A program made the translations under genes and the position numbers. Under the pieces are notes generated by a model that was given only the letters and a program-made list of their open reading frames with translations, did no database searches and was not told the DNA's origin. Positions 1 to 7,697 of a DNA stretch of 64,000 nt are shown in pieces; positions within the stretch are counted from its first letter, which is position 1, and each line of letters starts with the position of its first letter. Source of the DNA: an uncultured Candidatus Saccharibacteria bacterium (GTDB lineage: Bacteria > Patescibacteriota > Minisyncoccia > Phycocordibacterales > UBA2100); contig CAYYEX010000002.1 in the NCBI GenBank assembly GCA_964471165.1, positions 60,965 through 124,964 of the forward strand. The letters run 5' to 3'.

Positions 1-25
1 ACAGGGCATAGGGTGTCGACATCGT

Positions 26-1018
26 ATGAATACGGCATCCCGCATCCAGCGTGGCATCGTCGGAACCATCATTGCAGTGGCTGTACTTACGGCGCCTGCA
101 TTTGCTGCAGCGGGAAGCGCATCCGTTCTCACTAAGCAGGTAGTACCAGTAGGGGGTAACTCGTGCGCGCCATTGTTCGTGAAGGCAGTTACACCATACA
201 TCTATGATGGTGAACTTCACTCGTTCGACATTGTGCTTTCTGACGCCTCCTACGTGGCAATTCTGGGTGCGGCAGGGGAGGCATCGATTCCATTCAACTA
301 TATGAGCCGCCGCTTTGATGCCGATGGTTCGCTTCGCATTCACGCAGACACAACAGTGGTAATAAATGGAACAGTTCCAGTTACTGTTACGCTGCTTTCG
401 GCACTTCCTGGTGCACCGGTGTGTCTCTCAACTGTTTCATTCACAACTGATACACAAGGGAACATTGAGACGAGTAACCCAATTTCAGTACCAACAAGCC
501 CAATAGACACAGGGGAGCCAGGTATTGACTCTTCGACTGGTTCGGGAAGCGGTGTAACACAGGGCGGGGGATCCCAGACTGGTTCTACAGGCAGCTCGAA
601 GCCAACCCCAGCTGTAGGTACCACTTCGGGCACATCGACCACAATCGGGGCGATAGTGGCGAATATGTGCACCAAGAATGGCGCATACCAACTGTGGTTC
701 ATCCTCCTTGCGGTATTCTTCGTAATCGCAGCATTCGTTGGGCTCTCGGAGCCAGCACTTGCACTGCGCCACGGCGCTCTGCCAGCTGTCTTGATTGGCG
801 TTCCGCTTATCGGACTACTCCTCTTCTGGTACTACGCCACAGGTTGCCGCTTGAGCTACTTTATCCCGGTGATTCTGCTCGTAGCAGCTGCTATCGGCCT
901 CTATAGCGCCTATCGGACAGGCCCGGTTATGCGCCCGATGATAGAGCTGCCCGCCGAAAAGAAGAACACGGTAACCACGGTTACCAAGACCGAGGAGAAA
1001 AAGACAGACATTCAATAG
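26..1018 (+). CDS. hypothetical secreted/membrane-anchored protein with Ser/Thr/Gly-rich linker and C-terminal hydrophobic helices
   Basis: 330-aa ORF; N-terminal hydrophobic signal-like segment (IAVAVLTAPAFAAAGSAS); low-complexity STG-rich stretch; three hydrophobic helices near C-terminus. Confidence 0.5.
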   Translation: MNTASRIQRGIVGTIIAVAVLTAPAFAAAGSASVLTKQVVPVGGNSCAPLFVKAVTPYIYDGELHSFDIVLSDASYVAILGAAGEASIPFNYMSRRFDADGSLRIHADTTVVINGTVPVTVTLLSALPGAPVCLSTVSFTTDTQGNIETSNPISVPTSPIDTGEPGIDSSTGSGSGVTQGGGSQTGSTGSSKPTPAVGTTSGTSTTIGAIVANMCTKNGAYQLWFILLAVFFVIAAFVGLSEPALALRHGALPAVLIGVPLIGLLLFWYYATGCRLSYFIPVILLVAAAIGLYSAYRTGPVMRPMIELPAEKKNTVTTVTKTEEKKTDIQ

Positions 1019-1110
1019 GTAATTGAAGAGGGGAATATTGCTGGAGCGCTTAACTGCTGTATAATCCAGCCATTGCGGAGCGGCTTCGAAGGATGCCGTT
1101 TCGCTCGTGA

Positions 1111-1145
1111 GTACATAATGCGGATATGGCTTCGGTGGATGATAC
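1111..1145 (+). repeat. pseudo-copy of the 5' part of tRNA-Gly (gtacataatgcggatatgg... repeated at 1176-1194 where it starts the real tRNA)
   Basis: 19-nt identical direct repeat 1111-1129 vs 1176-1194, followed by a diverged D-arm-like sequence; seen by eye. Confidence 0.6.
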
Positions 1146-1184
1146 TTTGCCACCAGTCATGAGAGAGTAGGGGAAGTACATAAT

Positions 1185-1255
1185 GCGGATATGGTTTAGT
1201 GGTAGAACACGTCCTTGCCAAGGACGGGATCGGGGTTCGATTCCCCGTATCCGCA
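1185..1255 (+). tRNA. tRNA-Gly (anticodon GCC), CCA not encoded
   Basis: cloverleaf folded by hand: acceptor GCGGATA/TATCCGC, D-arm, anticodon stem CGTCC/GGACG with loop TTGCCAA, T-arm GGGGTTCGATTCCCC, discriminator A. Confidence 0.85.
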
Positions 1256-1258
1256 CAT

Positions 1259-1298
1259 GAAATACAAAAGGGGCGCGACAAGCGCCCCTTTTGTATTT
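1259..1298 (+). terminator. long perfect hairpin (aaatacaaaaggggcgcg-acaa-cgcgccccttttgtattt) with T-run: intrinsic terminator after tRNA-Gly
   Basis: 18-bp perfect inverted repeat with GC-rich core followed by TTTTG. Confidence 0.75.
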
Positions 1299-1301
1299 CA
1301 G

Positions 1302-1428
1302 GCGAGAGGAGGGGAATCGAAGGCGAGCACTGGGGCCCCGTCAGAAGACGGGGATGTGCGAGCAGGGCCGAGCGGAGAAATGTTCTGACGAGAACATTTC
1401 GAGCGCTTGGCCGCTTCCCCATATCCGC
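1302..1428 (+). ncRNA. tRNA-linked structured element, copy 1 (unnamed family)
   Basis: 5' end GGGGAATCGAA = reverse complement of the tRNA-Gly T-arm; 3' end TTCCCCATATCCGC repeats the tRNA-Gly 3' end (13/14 identical); conserved hairpin CCCCGTC-AGAA-GACGGGG; GACG-loop hairpin AAATGTTCT-GACG-AGAACATTT. Copies 2-4 share the architecture. Confidence 0.6.
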
Positions 1429-1541
1429 TTGACAGAGAACGTGCGACGGCAAAGCGAGAGGCGAGGGAGATTCCTCGTATTGGGCAGTAATCTGTCAGTC
1501 TCCACAAACAAAACAATCTTTGCGCGTGCTAAAATGCCGCA

Positions 1542-2294
1542 ATGCTTAAGGAATTGCAGGATATCGGTTTGTCGGAGAAGGAAGCACGAGTCTACTTGTC
1601 TGCACTCGAGCTCGGCCGCACAACAGCCGAAAAGCTCGCAAAACACGCCAAGGTCAATCGATCCACCACCTACGTGCAGATTGAGACACTCATGAAAAAG
1701 GGCCTCATGAGCACCTACGAGGAGGACAAGAAGACATACTTTGCTCCTGAGTCACCAGAACTCCTACGACGCTTCCTCACAAAACAAAAAGACGATCTCT
1801 CTGCACGCGAACGCGACCTGGCAGTCGTGCTACCCACACTCCTGCAGCAGTTTGATGGTGCAGGGGAGCGCCCCGTGGTGCGTTTTTTTCCAGGAAAAGA
1901 GGGAATCACTTCGGTTCGCGAGGAGATGCTCAACGTAAAAGATAAGCATATTTTTATCACGCTTACATACGAGCATCTTTCGAAGATTTATACGGAAAAG
2001 GAACTCGACGACTACTCTGACCGCAGAAAAGCCCTCGGCGTTCACTCTAAGGGAATCTACCTTCACAAGGAGTACTTCAGCAAGGCGGGGCTCGATAGCT
2101 TAACCGAGCGACGATTGTTGCCTCCTGACACGCTCCCACTCACCATAGATTTGTATATATACGACGACAAAACTGCAATTCTTTCTCTGCAGGGCACGTT
2201 GTTTGCGATGGTTGTACAAAGCGTACAAATCTCCTCGAGTATGCGCCTCATCTTCGACTTCTTGTGGGATAGGGCACAGGGACCAACTAAATAA
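1542..2294 (+). CDS. TrmB-family helix-turn-helix transcriptional regulator
   Basis: N-terminus LKELQDIGLSEKEARVYLSALELGRTTAEKLAKHAKVNRSTTYVQIETLMKKGL matches the TrmB HTH signature; 250 aa. Confidence 0.7.
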   Translation: MLKELQDIGLSEKEARVYLSALELGRTTAEKLAKHAKVNRSTTYVQIETLMKKGLMSTYEEDKKTYFAPESPELLRRFLTKQKDDLSARERDLAVVLPTLLQQFDGAGERPVVRFFPGKEGITSVREEMLNVKDKHIFITLTYEHLSKIYTEKELDDYSDRRKALGVHSKGIYLHKEYFSKAGLDSLTERRLLPPDTLPLTIDLYIYDDKTAILSLQGTLFAMVVQSVQISSSMRLIFDFLWDRAQGPTK

Positions 2295-2639
2295 AAAAGA
2301 GACCGGGGAAACTGCAAGCGTTAGCTCACAATTCCTCCGGCTCCATTGTCGTCCAATCGTCCAAGCAATTCTGCTTAGGCGGATGCGTTGACGCTCAGGT
2401 CAACGCGAAGTGGGCCTTGCAATCACCCACCGTCGCCGAAGCGCCTGTGCGTCTGGCCGACCTTCTTCACGGTCATTTTCGGGCGAAGCGGCATGTGAAT
2501 GCCGGTCTTGACGTCGGGCATGGTTCTCTCCATTGCCATGAAACCCCGGGGAAAGGGCAAGGGTAGACCCCTGAGCCACGCTCCACCAAAAAGTGCAGTG
2601 ATTCGTTGCCTACACAGGAGTATATTCCGTCAAAAGTTT

Positions 2640-2830
2640 CTGTCAATCATTGTATGTGTATAAGCTCATATTGCGATATACGATTGACATTCATTTATGT
2701 CAAATATGGCTCTATTTAGAGCCATATTTGGGTTTTCCACAGCATGTTTGTCAGCGTTCGTTGACAGAATATGCCGAGGGTATATATTGATTATGTTTAT
2801 GGAAGATAACATTACAAAGCGAAGAGAGAA
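2640..2830. promoter_or_regulatory. AT-rich regulatory region with several perfect palindromes (TTGACAT-n6-ATGTCAA; ATATGGCTCTA-tt-TAGAGCCATAT; TGTCAGCG-ttcg-TTGACAG)
   Basis: local GC drop; three operator-like inverted repeats within about 120 nt; possibly a small acidic ORF (2793-2933) downstream. Confidence 0.4.
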
Positions 2831-3224
2831 CATCATCGAGACGATGCGAACGCTGGTGCTCGCAGGGCAGATGCGCGGCGAGGAGCGGGACGAAAACGAT
2901 GATACGGATCTCCGTGGAGGGGACAGCGATTAAGAGAAAATCTGATTCTTATGAGCTATCTCAACCACAGTCCGCCAACGCTCGCAGAGAGATGTACCAG
3001 ATTTAACATAGAACCATGACAAAAAATCACAACAACGGACCACCAGCTTGAAAAAGAATCCTTATTAACCAAAACACATTTTCATGACTAACGCACAGGA
3101 CCACGCTCCGCCAGAGGAAAACGAGACGAGTCTAGAAGAGGAACAATTACTAGGGGATGGGGGCTAGCTAAAAATATTAAATGTATGGAACCCGTTATTG
3201 AACCGCCGTAGTGGTCGACAAGGC

Positions 3225-3296
3225 ACCGGGATAGCTTAGTGGGCAGAGCATCAAGTTCGGAACTTGAATGTGGAGGTTCGAATCCTTCTCCCGGAA
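3225..3296 (+). tRNA. tRNA-Pro (anticodon CGG), CCA not encoded; position 1:72 appears mismatched (A:A) so the exact 5' end is uncertain
   Basis: D-arm GCTT-AGTGGGCA-GAGC, anticodon stem TCAAG/CTTGA with loop TTCGGAA, T-arm GGAGGTTCGAATCCTTC, acceptor 3' TCCCGGA. Confidence 0.7.
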
Positions 3297-3347
3297 CTAC
3301 AAACAGTTGGGCCCTAACGCATTCGCGCTGGGGTCTTACTGTTTGTT

Positions 3348-3473
3348 TCTGGGAAAGGATTCGAAAGCGAACACTGGGGCCCCGTCAGCAGACGGGGATG
3401 TGTGAGCAGGGCCGAGAGAAGTTTTGATTCGACGGAATCAAAACGAGCTCTTGGCAGAATCCTTCTCCCGGAA
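3348..3473 (+). ncRNA. tRNA-linked structured element, copy 2
   Basis: 5' end CTGGGAAAGGATTCGAA approximates the reverse complement of the tRNA-Pro 3' end; 3' end GAATCCTTCTCCCGGAAC (3457-3474) is an 18/18 direct repeat of tRNA-Pro 3280-3297; hairpins CCCCGTC-AGCA-GACGGGG and TTTTGATTC-GACG-GAATCAAAA. Confidence 0.65.
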
Positions 3474-3483
3474 CAAACAAAGA

Positions 3484-3512
3484 ACGCCCAGGCACTGCCG
3501 TGGGCGTTTTTG
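3484..3512 (+). terminator. intrinsic terminator (CGCCCA..TGGGCG + TTTTTG) closing the tRNA-Pro/element unit
   Basis: GC-rich hairpin followed by a T-run. Confidence 0.6.
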
Positions 3513-3536
3513 CAGAAATCGCAGAGAACAGATTCT

Positions 3537-4121
3537 TCAGATTCGGCGATACCGAACGACACCGAGCTCCTTCCCGAACCGGGGTCCGATGGAACGCCAC
3601 AGTACGTCGATATTGGTTTCGATGCGCTGTTTGCGCTTTCCGACTGGGTCGACCAACGAAACAATGCGCTCCTCGGTGCGAAAGGTCTCCACGAGACTGT
3701 CGTGAATATGCTGATTCACGGGGTCTTCAGGATGAACCTCTTCGGAGTGATACTCGATTTGCAGGTCAAAGTCGAACCGAAGTGCCCCTTCCACCAGTTT
3801 TTGGAAATCGCTGATTTGTCTGAAACGAATGGCTTCGCCCTGGATACGGATGCGCCTACGCCGAAAGAAATTGTTGATTTCGGGCACAATGTCCATCGTC
3901 GAGACACCCAAGCTCTTAACGGCCGTCATAACGGCCATTTCAGATCTGAACGCTACAGCATTTTCAGCCGCAACACCGACTCCAATCGCTTTGGCGATGT
4001 CTTCTTGATCGATTAGGCCGTAGCCGTTGCGCTCGACAACCATCTGCACGCACGCTGCCGTACAGGCATTGGGCATCTGGACCAGACGTACGTATTTCCG
4101 ACCCACTGACAATGTAGTCAT
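3537..4121 (-). CDS. hypothetical protein with C39-like (papain-fold) cysteine-peptidase signature
   Basis: N-terminal LVQMPNACTAACVQMV fits the Q-x4-C-x-A-A...M pattern of C39 bacteriocin-processing peptidase domains; His-containing region downstream; 194 aa; inference from motif only. Confidence 0.4.
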   Translation of the reverse strand: MTTLSVGRKYVRLVQMPNACTAACVQMVVERNGYGLIDQEDIAKAIGVGVAAENAVAFRSEMAVMTAVKSLGVSTMDIVPEINNFFRRRRIRIQGEAIRFRQISDFQKLVEGALRFDFDLQIEYHSEEVHPEDPVNQHIHDSLVETFRTEERIVSLVDPVGKRKQRIETNIDVLWRSIGPRFGKELGVVRYRRI

Positions 4122-4286
4122 GTTCGTTCATACCCCCCGCCATGGATACTTTCTGTATAGTGCCGATTGTCCGGAAAATAGCAATAGAACACAAAAAAAG
4201 TTTGTCAATACTTTCTGACAGTTTGGCAGCCCAATTAGGCACGCGTTATAAAAAAACGAAGATGTAATGTAGTATTCCAAAGTTCT

Positions 4287-4358
4287 GCTCTCATAGTGAA
4301 ATGGATATCACGACAGTCTTCGGAACTGTTATTGGGGGTTCGAATCCCTCTGGGAGCA
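4287..4358 (+). tRNA. tRNA-Arg (anticodon TCG), CCA not encoded
   Basis: acceptor GCTCTCA/TGGGAGC (one G-T pair), D-arm GTGA-AATGGATA-TCAC, anticodon stem ACAGT/ACTGT with loop CTTCGGA, T-arm GGGGGTTCGAATCCCTC. Confidence 0.8.
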
Positions 4359-4404
4359 AAAAATTAACGAGGACAACGCGAAGCGTGGGACGACTATAAT
4401 TTTG

Positions 4405-4527
4405 TCGCTCCCAGAGGGATTCGAAGGCGAATCCTGGGGCCCTGTCACCAGACGGGGATGGATGAGTGTGGTCAGGCGGAGTTTTGGTTCGACGGAACCA
4501 AAACGAGCGCTTGACCGAATCCCGAGC
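4405..4527 (+). ncRNA. tRNA-linked structured element, copy 3 (immediately upstream of cca)
   Basis: 5' end GCTCCCAGAGGGATTCGAA (4407-4425) is the exact reverse complement (19/19) of the tRNA-Arg 3' end 4339-4357; hairpins CCCTGTC-ACCA-GACGGGG and TTTTGGTTC-GACG-GAACCAAAA; 3' end CGAATCCCGAG. Confidence 0.65.
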
Positions 4528-4589
4528 AATCTATGCTCATGGCCGAATCCGAAACACAGGAATCCCCAAATCGAAACAAAACAGTTACA

Positions 4590-6068
4590 ATGACCCACAT
4601 GAAAAAAGCGGACCTGGAGATTCCATCGGAAATCCGTGCGCTCCATAAAACTGTGAAAGACGCCGGGTATGAGGCATTCTTGGTAGGCGGATGCGTGCGT
4701 GACCTAATCATTGGTCGCGAACCAAAAGACTGGGACATCACCACAAATGCGACCCCCGAGCAGATTCAAGCACTGTTCGAGGAAACATTTTATGAAAACA
4801 GCTACGGGACGGTGGGTGTGGTTACCCAATCCGAAAACCCCAAGCTCAAGGTGGTAGAAATCACGCCATACCGCATCGAGGGCAAGTACAGCAATGCCCG
4901 TCATCCCGACGAAATTCGCTTTAGCGACAATCTACACGACGACCTTGAGCGTCGTGACTTTACGATAAACGCGATTGCCTACGACCCAGCGACAGGGGAG
5001 CTGGTGGACGAACACGGAGGCCGTGACGATATAGGGCGCAAAGTTCTTGTAACGGTGGGGGACGCGCACGCGCGATTTGAGGAAGATGCACTACGCATGC
5101 TGCGCGCCATCCGTATTGCCGCTGAGCTCGAATTTGCAATCGACGGCACAACCATGGTGGGCATTTCCGGAAACGCCGCCCAGCTTGAAAAGATTTCCAA
5201 GGAGCGTATCCGTGATGAATTCAGTCGCATTCTGCTCTCATCGACACCGCTCACAGCTATTTATATGGCTCAAAAGCTTGGCATTTTGAAGTATGTGATG
5301 CCGGAACTTGAAGCGGGTATTGGCTGTGACCAAAACCAGGCGCACTCGTTTGATGTGTTTGAACACCTTTTGCGGAGCTTGCAGCACGCGGCCGATGAGA
5401 ACTGGCCTCTCGATGTACGCCTTGCAGCCCTTTTGCACGATGTGGGCAAGCCGGCAACGCGTGAATGGTCAGAAGACAAGAAAGACTGGACGTTCCACGG
5501 ACACGACGTGGTTTCTGCCCGTATGGCCAAGAAAATCCTGACTGATTTGAAATATCCCAAAGATCTCATTGAGAAAGTCGTGCTGCTTATCCGATGGCAC
5601 ATGTTTTTCTCCGACCCGGACCTCATTACGCTCTCTGCGGTACGCCGACTCATTGCCCGAGTAGGACAGGAAAACATAGCCGACCTCCTGAACTTGCGCG
5701 TTTGCGACCGAATCGGCACCGGACGACCAAAGGCACACCCGTTCCGACTGCGTAAGTACATGTCGATGATAGACGAAGCGCTGCGTGACCCGGTTTCAGT
5801 GAGCATGCTTGCAGTAGATGGCAGCAGATTGATGGAAATCGGCGAGCCGGCTGGCCCGCGCATTGGTTGGATTCTTCATGCGCTTTTGGAAGAGGTTTTA
5901 GACGAACCAACTAAGAATACAGCCGTATATTTGGAGTCTCGAGCACAGGAAATGATGGCGATTGGGGATGAGGAATTGAAAACCCTAGGCGAGCAGGGGA
6001 AGGACCGCCGCGCAGCGGAAGATGAGGCCGCTATTGCTCTTCTACGCAAGAAGCACCACGTGTCGTAG
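4590..6068 (+). CDS. cca: CCA-adding enzyme (tRNA nucleotidyltransferase) with C-terminal HD domain
   Basis: GGCVRDLIIGREPKDWDITT nucleotidyltransferase motif; RFEEDALRMLRAIR; HD motif LLHDVGK; start taken at MTHMKK (the ORF track begins 19 codons earlier at 4533). Confidence 0.85.
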   Translation: MTHMKKADLEIPSEIRALHKTVKDAGYEAFLVGGCVRDLIIGREPKDWDITTNATPEQIQALFEETFYENSYGTVGVVTQSENPKLKVVEITPYRIEGKYSNARHPDEIRFSDNLHDDLERRDFTINAIAYDPATGELVDEHGGRDDIGRKVLVTVGDAHARFEEDALRMLRAIRIAAELEFAIDGTTMVGISGNAAQLEKISKERIRDEFSRILLSSTPLTAIYMAQKLGILKYVMPELEAGIGCDQNQAHSFDVFEHLLRSLQHAADENWPLDVRLAALLHDVGKPATREWSEDKKDWTFHGHDVVSARMAKKILTDLKYPKDLIEKVVLLIRWHMFFSDPDLITLSAVRRLIARVGQENIADLLNLRVCDRIGTGRPKAHPFRLRKYMSMIDEALRDPVSVSMLAVDGSRLMEIGEPAGPRIGWILHALLEEVLDEPTKNTAVYLESRAQEMMAIGDEELKTLGEQGKDRRAAEDEAAIALLRKKHHVS

Positions 6069-6473
6069 TTCCCCGACCTCTTTCGCTTTTCGCCGTCGCG
6101 AAAAGACATATGAAAAGCCCCGTCCTCGCGGATAGGGGCTTTCAAAGTAAAAAGGCCGACAGACGTAGCAACCCAATTTCTCTCTAATTTGGATTGCCGC
6201 CGTCTGGCGGCCTTCTCTTTGGTCTCGTTCATTCTTTAAAGAACTACGAAATCGTTTTTGGACAAAGTACTTTGCTTTCAATGAGTGCGGAGGCACCCTT
6301 TATATTTTGGCGTTATACATTTGTACCTATATATTTCGTTTATTTTAGAATCAACGAAAACCTGACAAAGAACCGCAGTCCGTAGAATAGCGTCGATAAC
6401 GGACAACGTAAAGGACACCCCTGTGGATAACTATATGAGTGTCCGATATAAAGGACAGCAGCACCGTAGAGGG

Positions 6474-7271
6474 CTAGATATCAAGCTCTAGTGTCACCGG
6501 GCAATGGTCGGAGCCCATAACGTCGGCATGGATTTTTACACGGGAGACAAGCGGAACGAGTGATTCGCTCACAAAGAAATAGTCTATGCGCCATCCCACG
6601 TTTCGCTCACGTGCGTTCGAAAAATGACTCCACCACGTGTAGTGTCCTTTACCCTGAGTTTGAATGCGAAACGCATCAACAAACCCCGCAGCAATCATGG
6701 CGTCGATGCCAGAGCGCTCCTCGAGGGTAAAACCTTTTTTGCCTTCATTGGGTTTTGGGTTGGCGAGGTCGTCCAGAGTATGGGCCACATTCAAGTCTCC
6801 GCAGAATATAACGGGCTTCGTTTTCTCGAGATGTTTCATGTACTCGAGAAACGCCGGGTCCCAGTTTTTGTGACGTAGGGGAATGCGGCTCAGGTCGTCC
6901 TTTGAGTTTGGAGTGTATACCGTCACAAAGTGGAAATCGTCATATTCGGCAGCCACAATACGGCCCTCGTTGTTCGGGTCGCCATATTTATCTACAAAAT
7001 CGTATTTTGCACAGATATCCGCAGGGAAGTCATATGAAACTTCGATTGGGGAGGGTTTGGTAAAGATAGCAGTGCCCGAATAGCCCTTCTTAGTCTTGGA
7101 CGAGTTCCAAAACTCCTCGTAATCCGGAAGGTCTACCAGAGATTGGTGCTGTTCAGCCTTCGTTTCCTGGAAACCAACGATGTCGGGGTTTTCTTTATCG
7201 AAAAATGGTGTGAGTAAACCCCTCTTATGAACGTTGCGTATCCCGTTTATATTCCAGGTGGCCAGTTTCAT
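6474..7271 (-). CDS. xth: exodeoxyribonuclease III / AP endonuclease (EEP family)
   Basis: MKLATWNINGIR N-terminus; GDLNVAHT and SDHCPV motifs typical of the ExoIII family. Confidence 0.8.
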   Translation of the reverse strand: MKLATWNINGIRNVHKRGLLTPFFDKENPDIVGFQETKAEQHQSLVDLPDYEEFWNSSKTKKGYSGTAIFTKPSPIEVSYDFPADICAKYDFVDKYGDPNNEGRIVAAEYDDFHFVTVYTPNSKDDLSRIPLRHKNWDPAFLEYMKHLEKTKPVIFCGDLNVAHTLDDLANPKPNEGKKGFTLEERSGIDAMIAAGFVDAFRIQTQGKGHYTWWSHFSNARERNVGWRIDYFFVSESLVPLVSRVKIHADVMGSDHCPVTLELDI

Positions 7272-7697
7272 ATCGAAAAGGGTATCACAACACGATATGA
7301 AACAACGGCCATCCCCTTCTTCATCTTCATCTCACGGGTCAAAAGGTATAACTGTCACATGTAGGGGACTGAAACGTCTTCACATCAGCGTGAAGAGGCG
7401 CAAACGCCCATTCACGCACACAACTATGAACCGATTCAATCAACACACACATGACTTCTTTGGCCCCCCTGAAAAGGGTTCGCGAGAGTGGTCTGCATTT
7501 TCCGTTACACATGTGAAAAGCACGGGAATGTTTCGAGTTCGACAACCGGTGGAATCAAAACGTTACACACTCTCTGCTGTTGAACGCCACGCTCGCCCGC
7601 TCCAGTTGTTCGTTGCACGGCGAATACACCAATAAATGCACTCAATCAGGTGGAGAAGGCGACACGTCCTTGTGCCGCCTTTTTTAATTGCGCGTGT

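Noticed and set aside
1378-1405. CTGACGAG in copy 1 of the element looked like a hammerhead-ribozyme CUGAnGA box
   Set aside because: The other copies have TTCGACGG at that position, and no GAAA/stem III arrangement is present; it is just the GACG loop of a covarying hairpin.
340-1452. Numerous antisense/overlapping ORFs in the track (e.g. 340-702, 485-772, 815-1153, 1012-1452 on the minus strand; similar shadows inside pnp, polA, virB4, uvrD, PBP and the 31.2-33.9 kb gene)
   Set aside because: They overlap well-supported genes or tRNAs on the other strand, have low-complexity Arg/Ser/Pro-rich translations typical of GC-rich shadow frames, and lack start-site context.
2400-2520. 38-aa minus-strand ORF (MAMERTMPDVKTGIHMPLRPKMTVKKVGQTHRRFGDGG)
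   Set aside because: No recognisable family, no clear RBS or conservation evidence; too short to call from sequence alone.
3225-3480. Considered that the tRNA-adjacent elements are group I introns or split/permuted tRNA genes
   Set aside because: Each tRNA folds into a complete cloverleaf before the element begins; the elements are about 125 nt with no group-I P4-P6/P7 core; the duplicated tRNA 3' end lies after the element, not inside the tRNA.
7234-7635. 133-aa ORF in the xth-xerC intergenic region
   Set aside because: Low-complexity, Ser/Arg/His-rich translation with no motif; region more likely non-coding (contains a hairpin plus T6 at about 7655-7685). Left unannotated.
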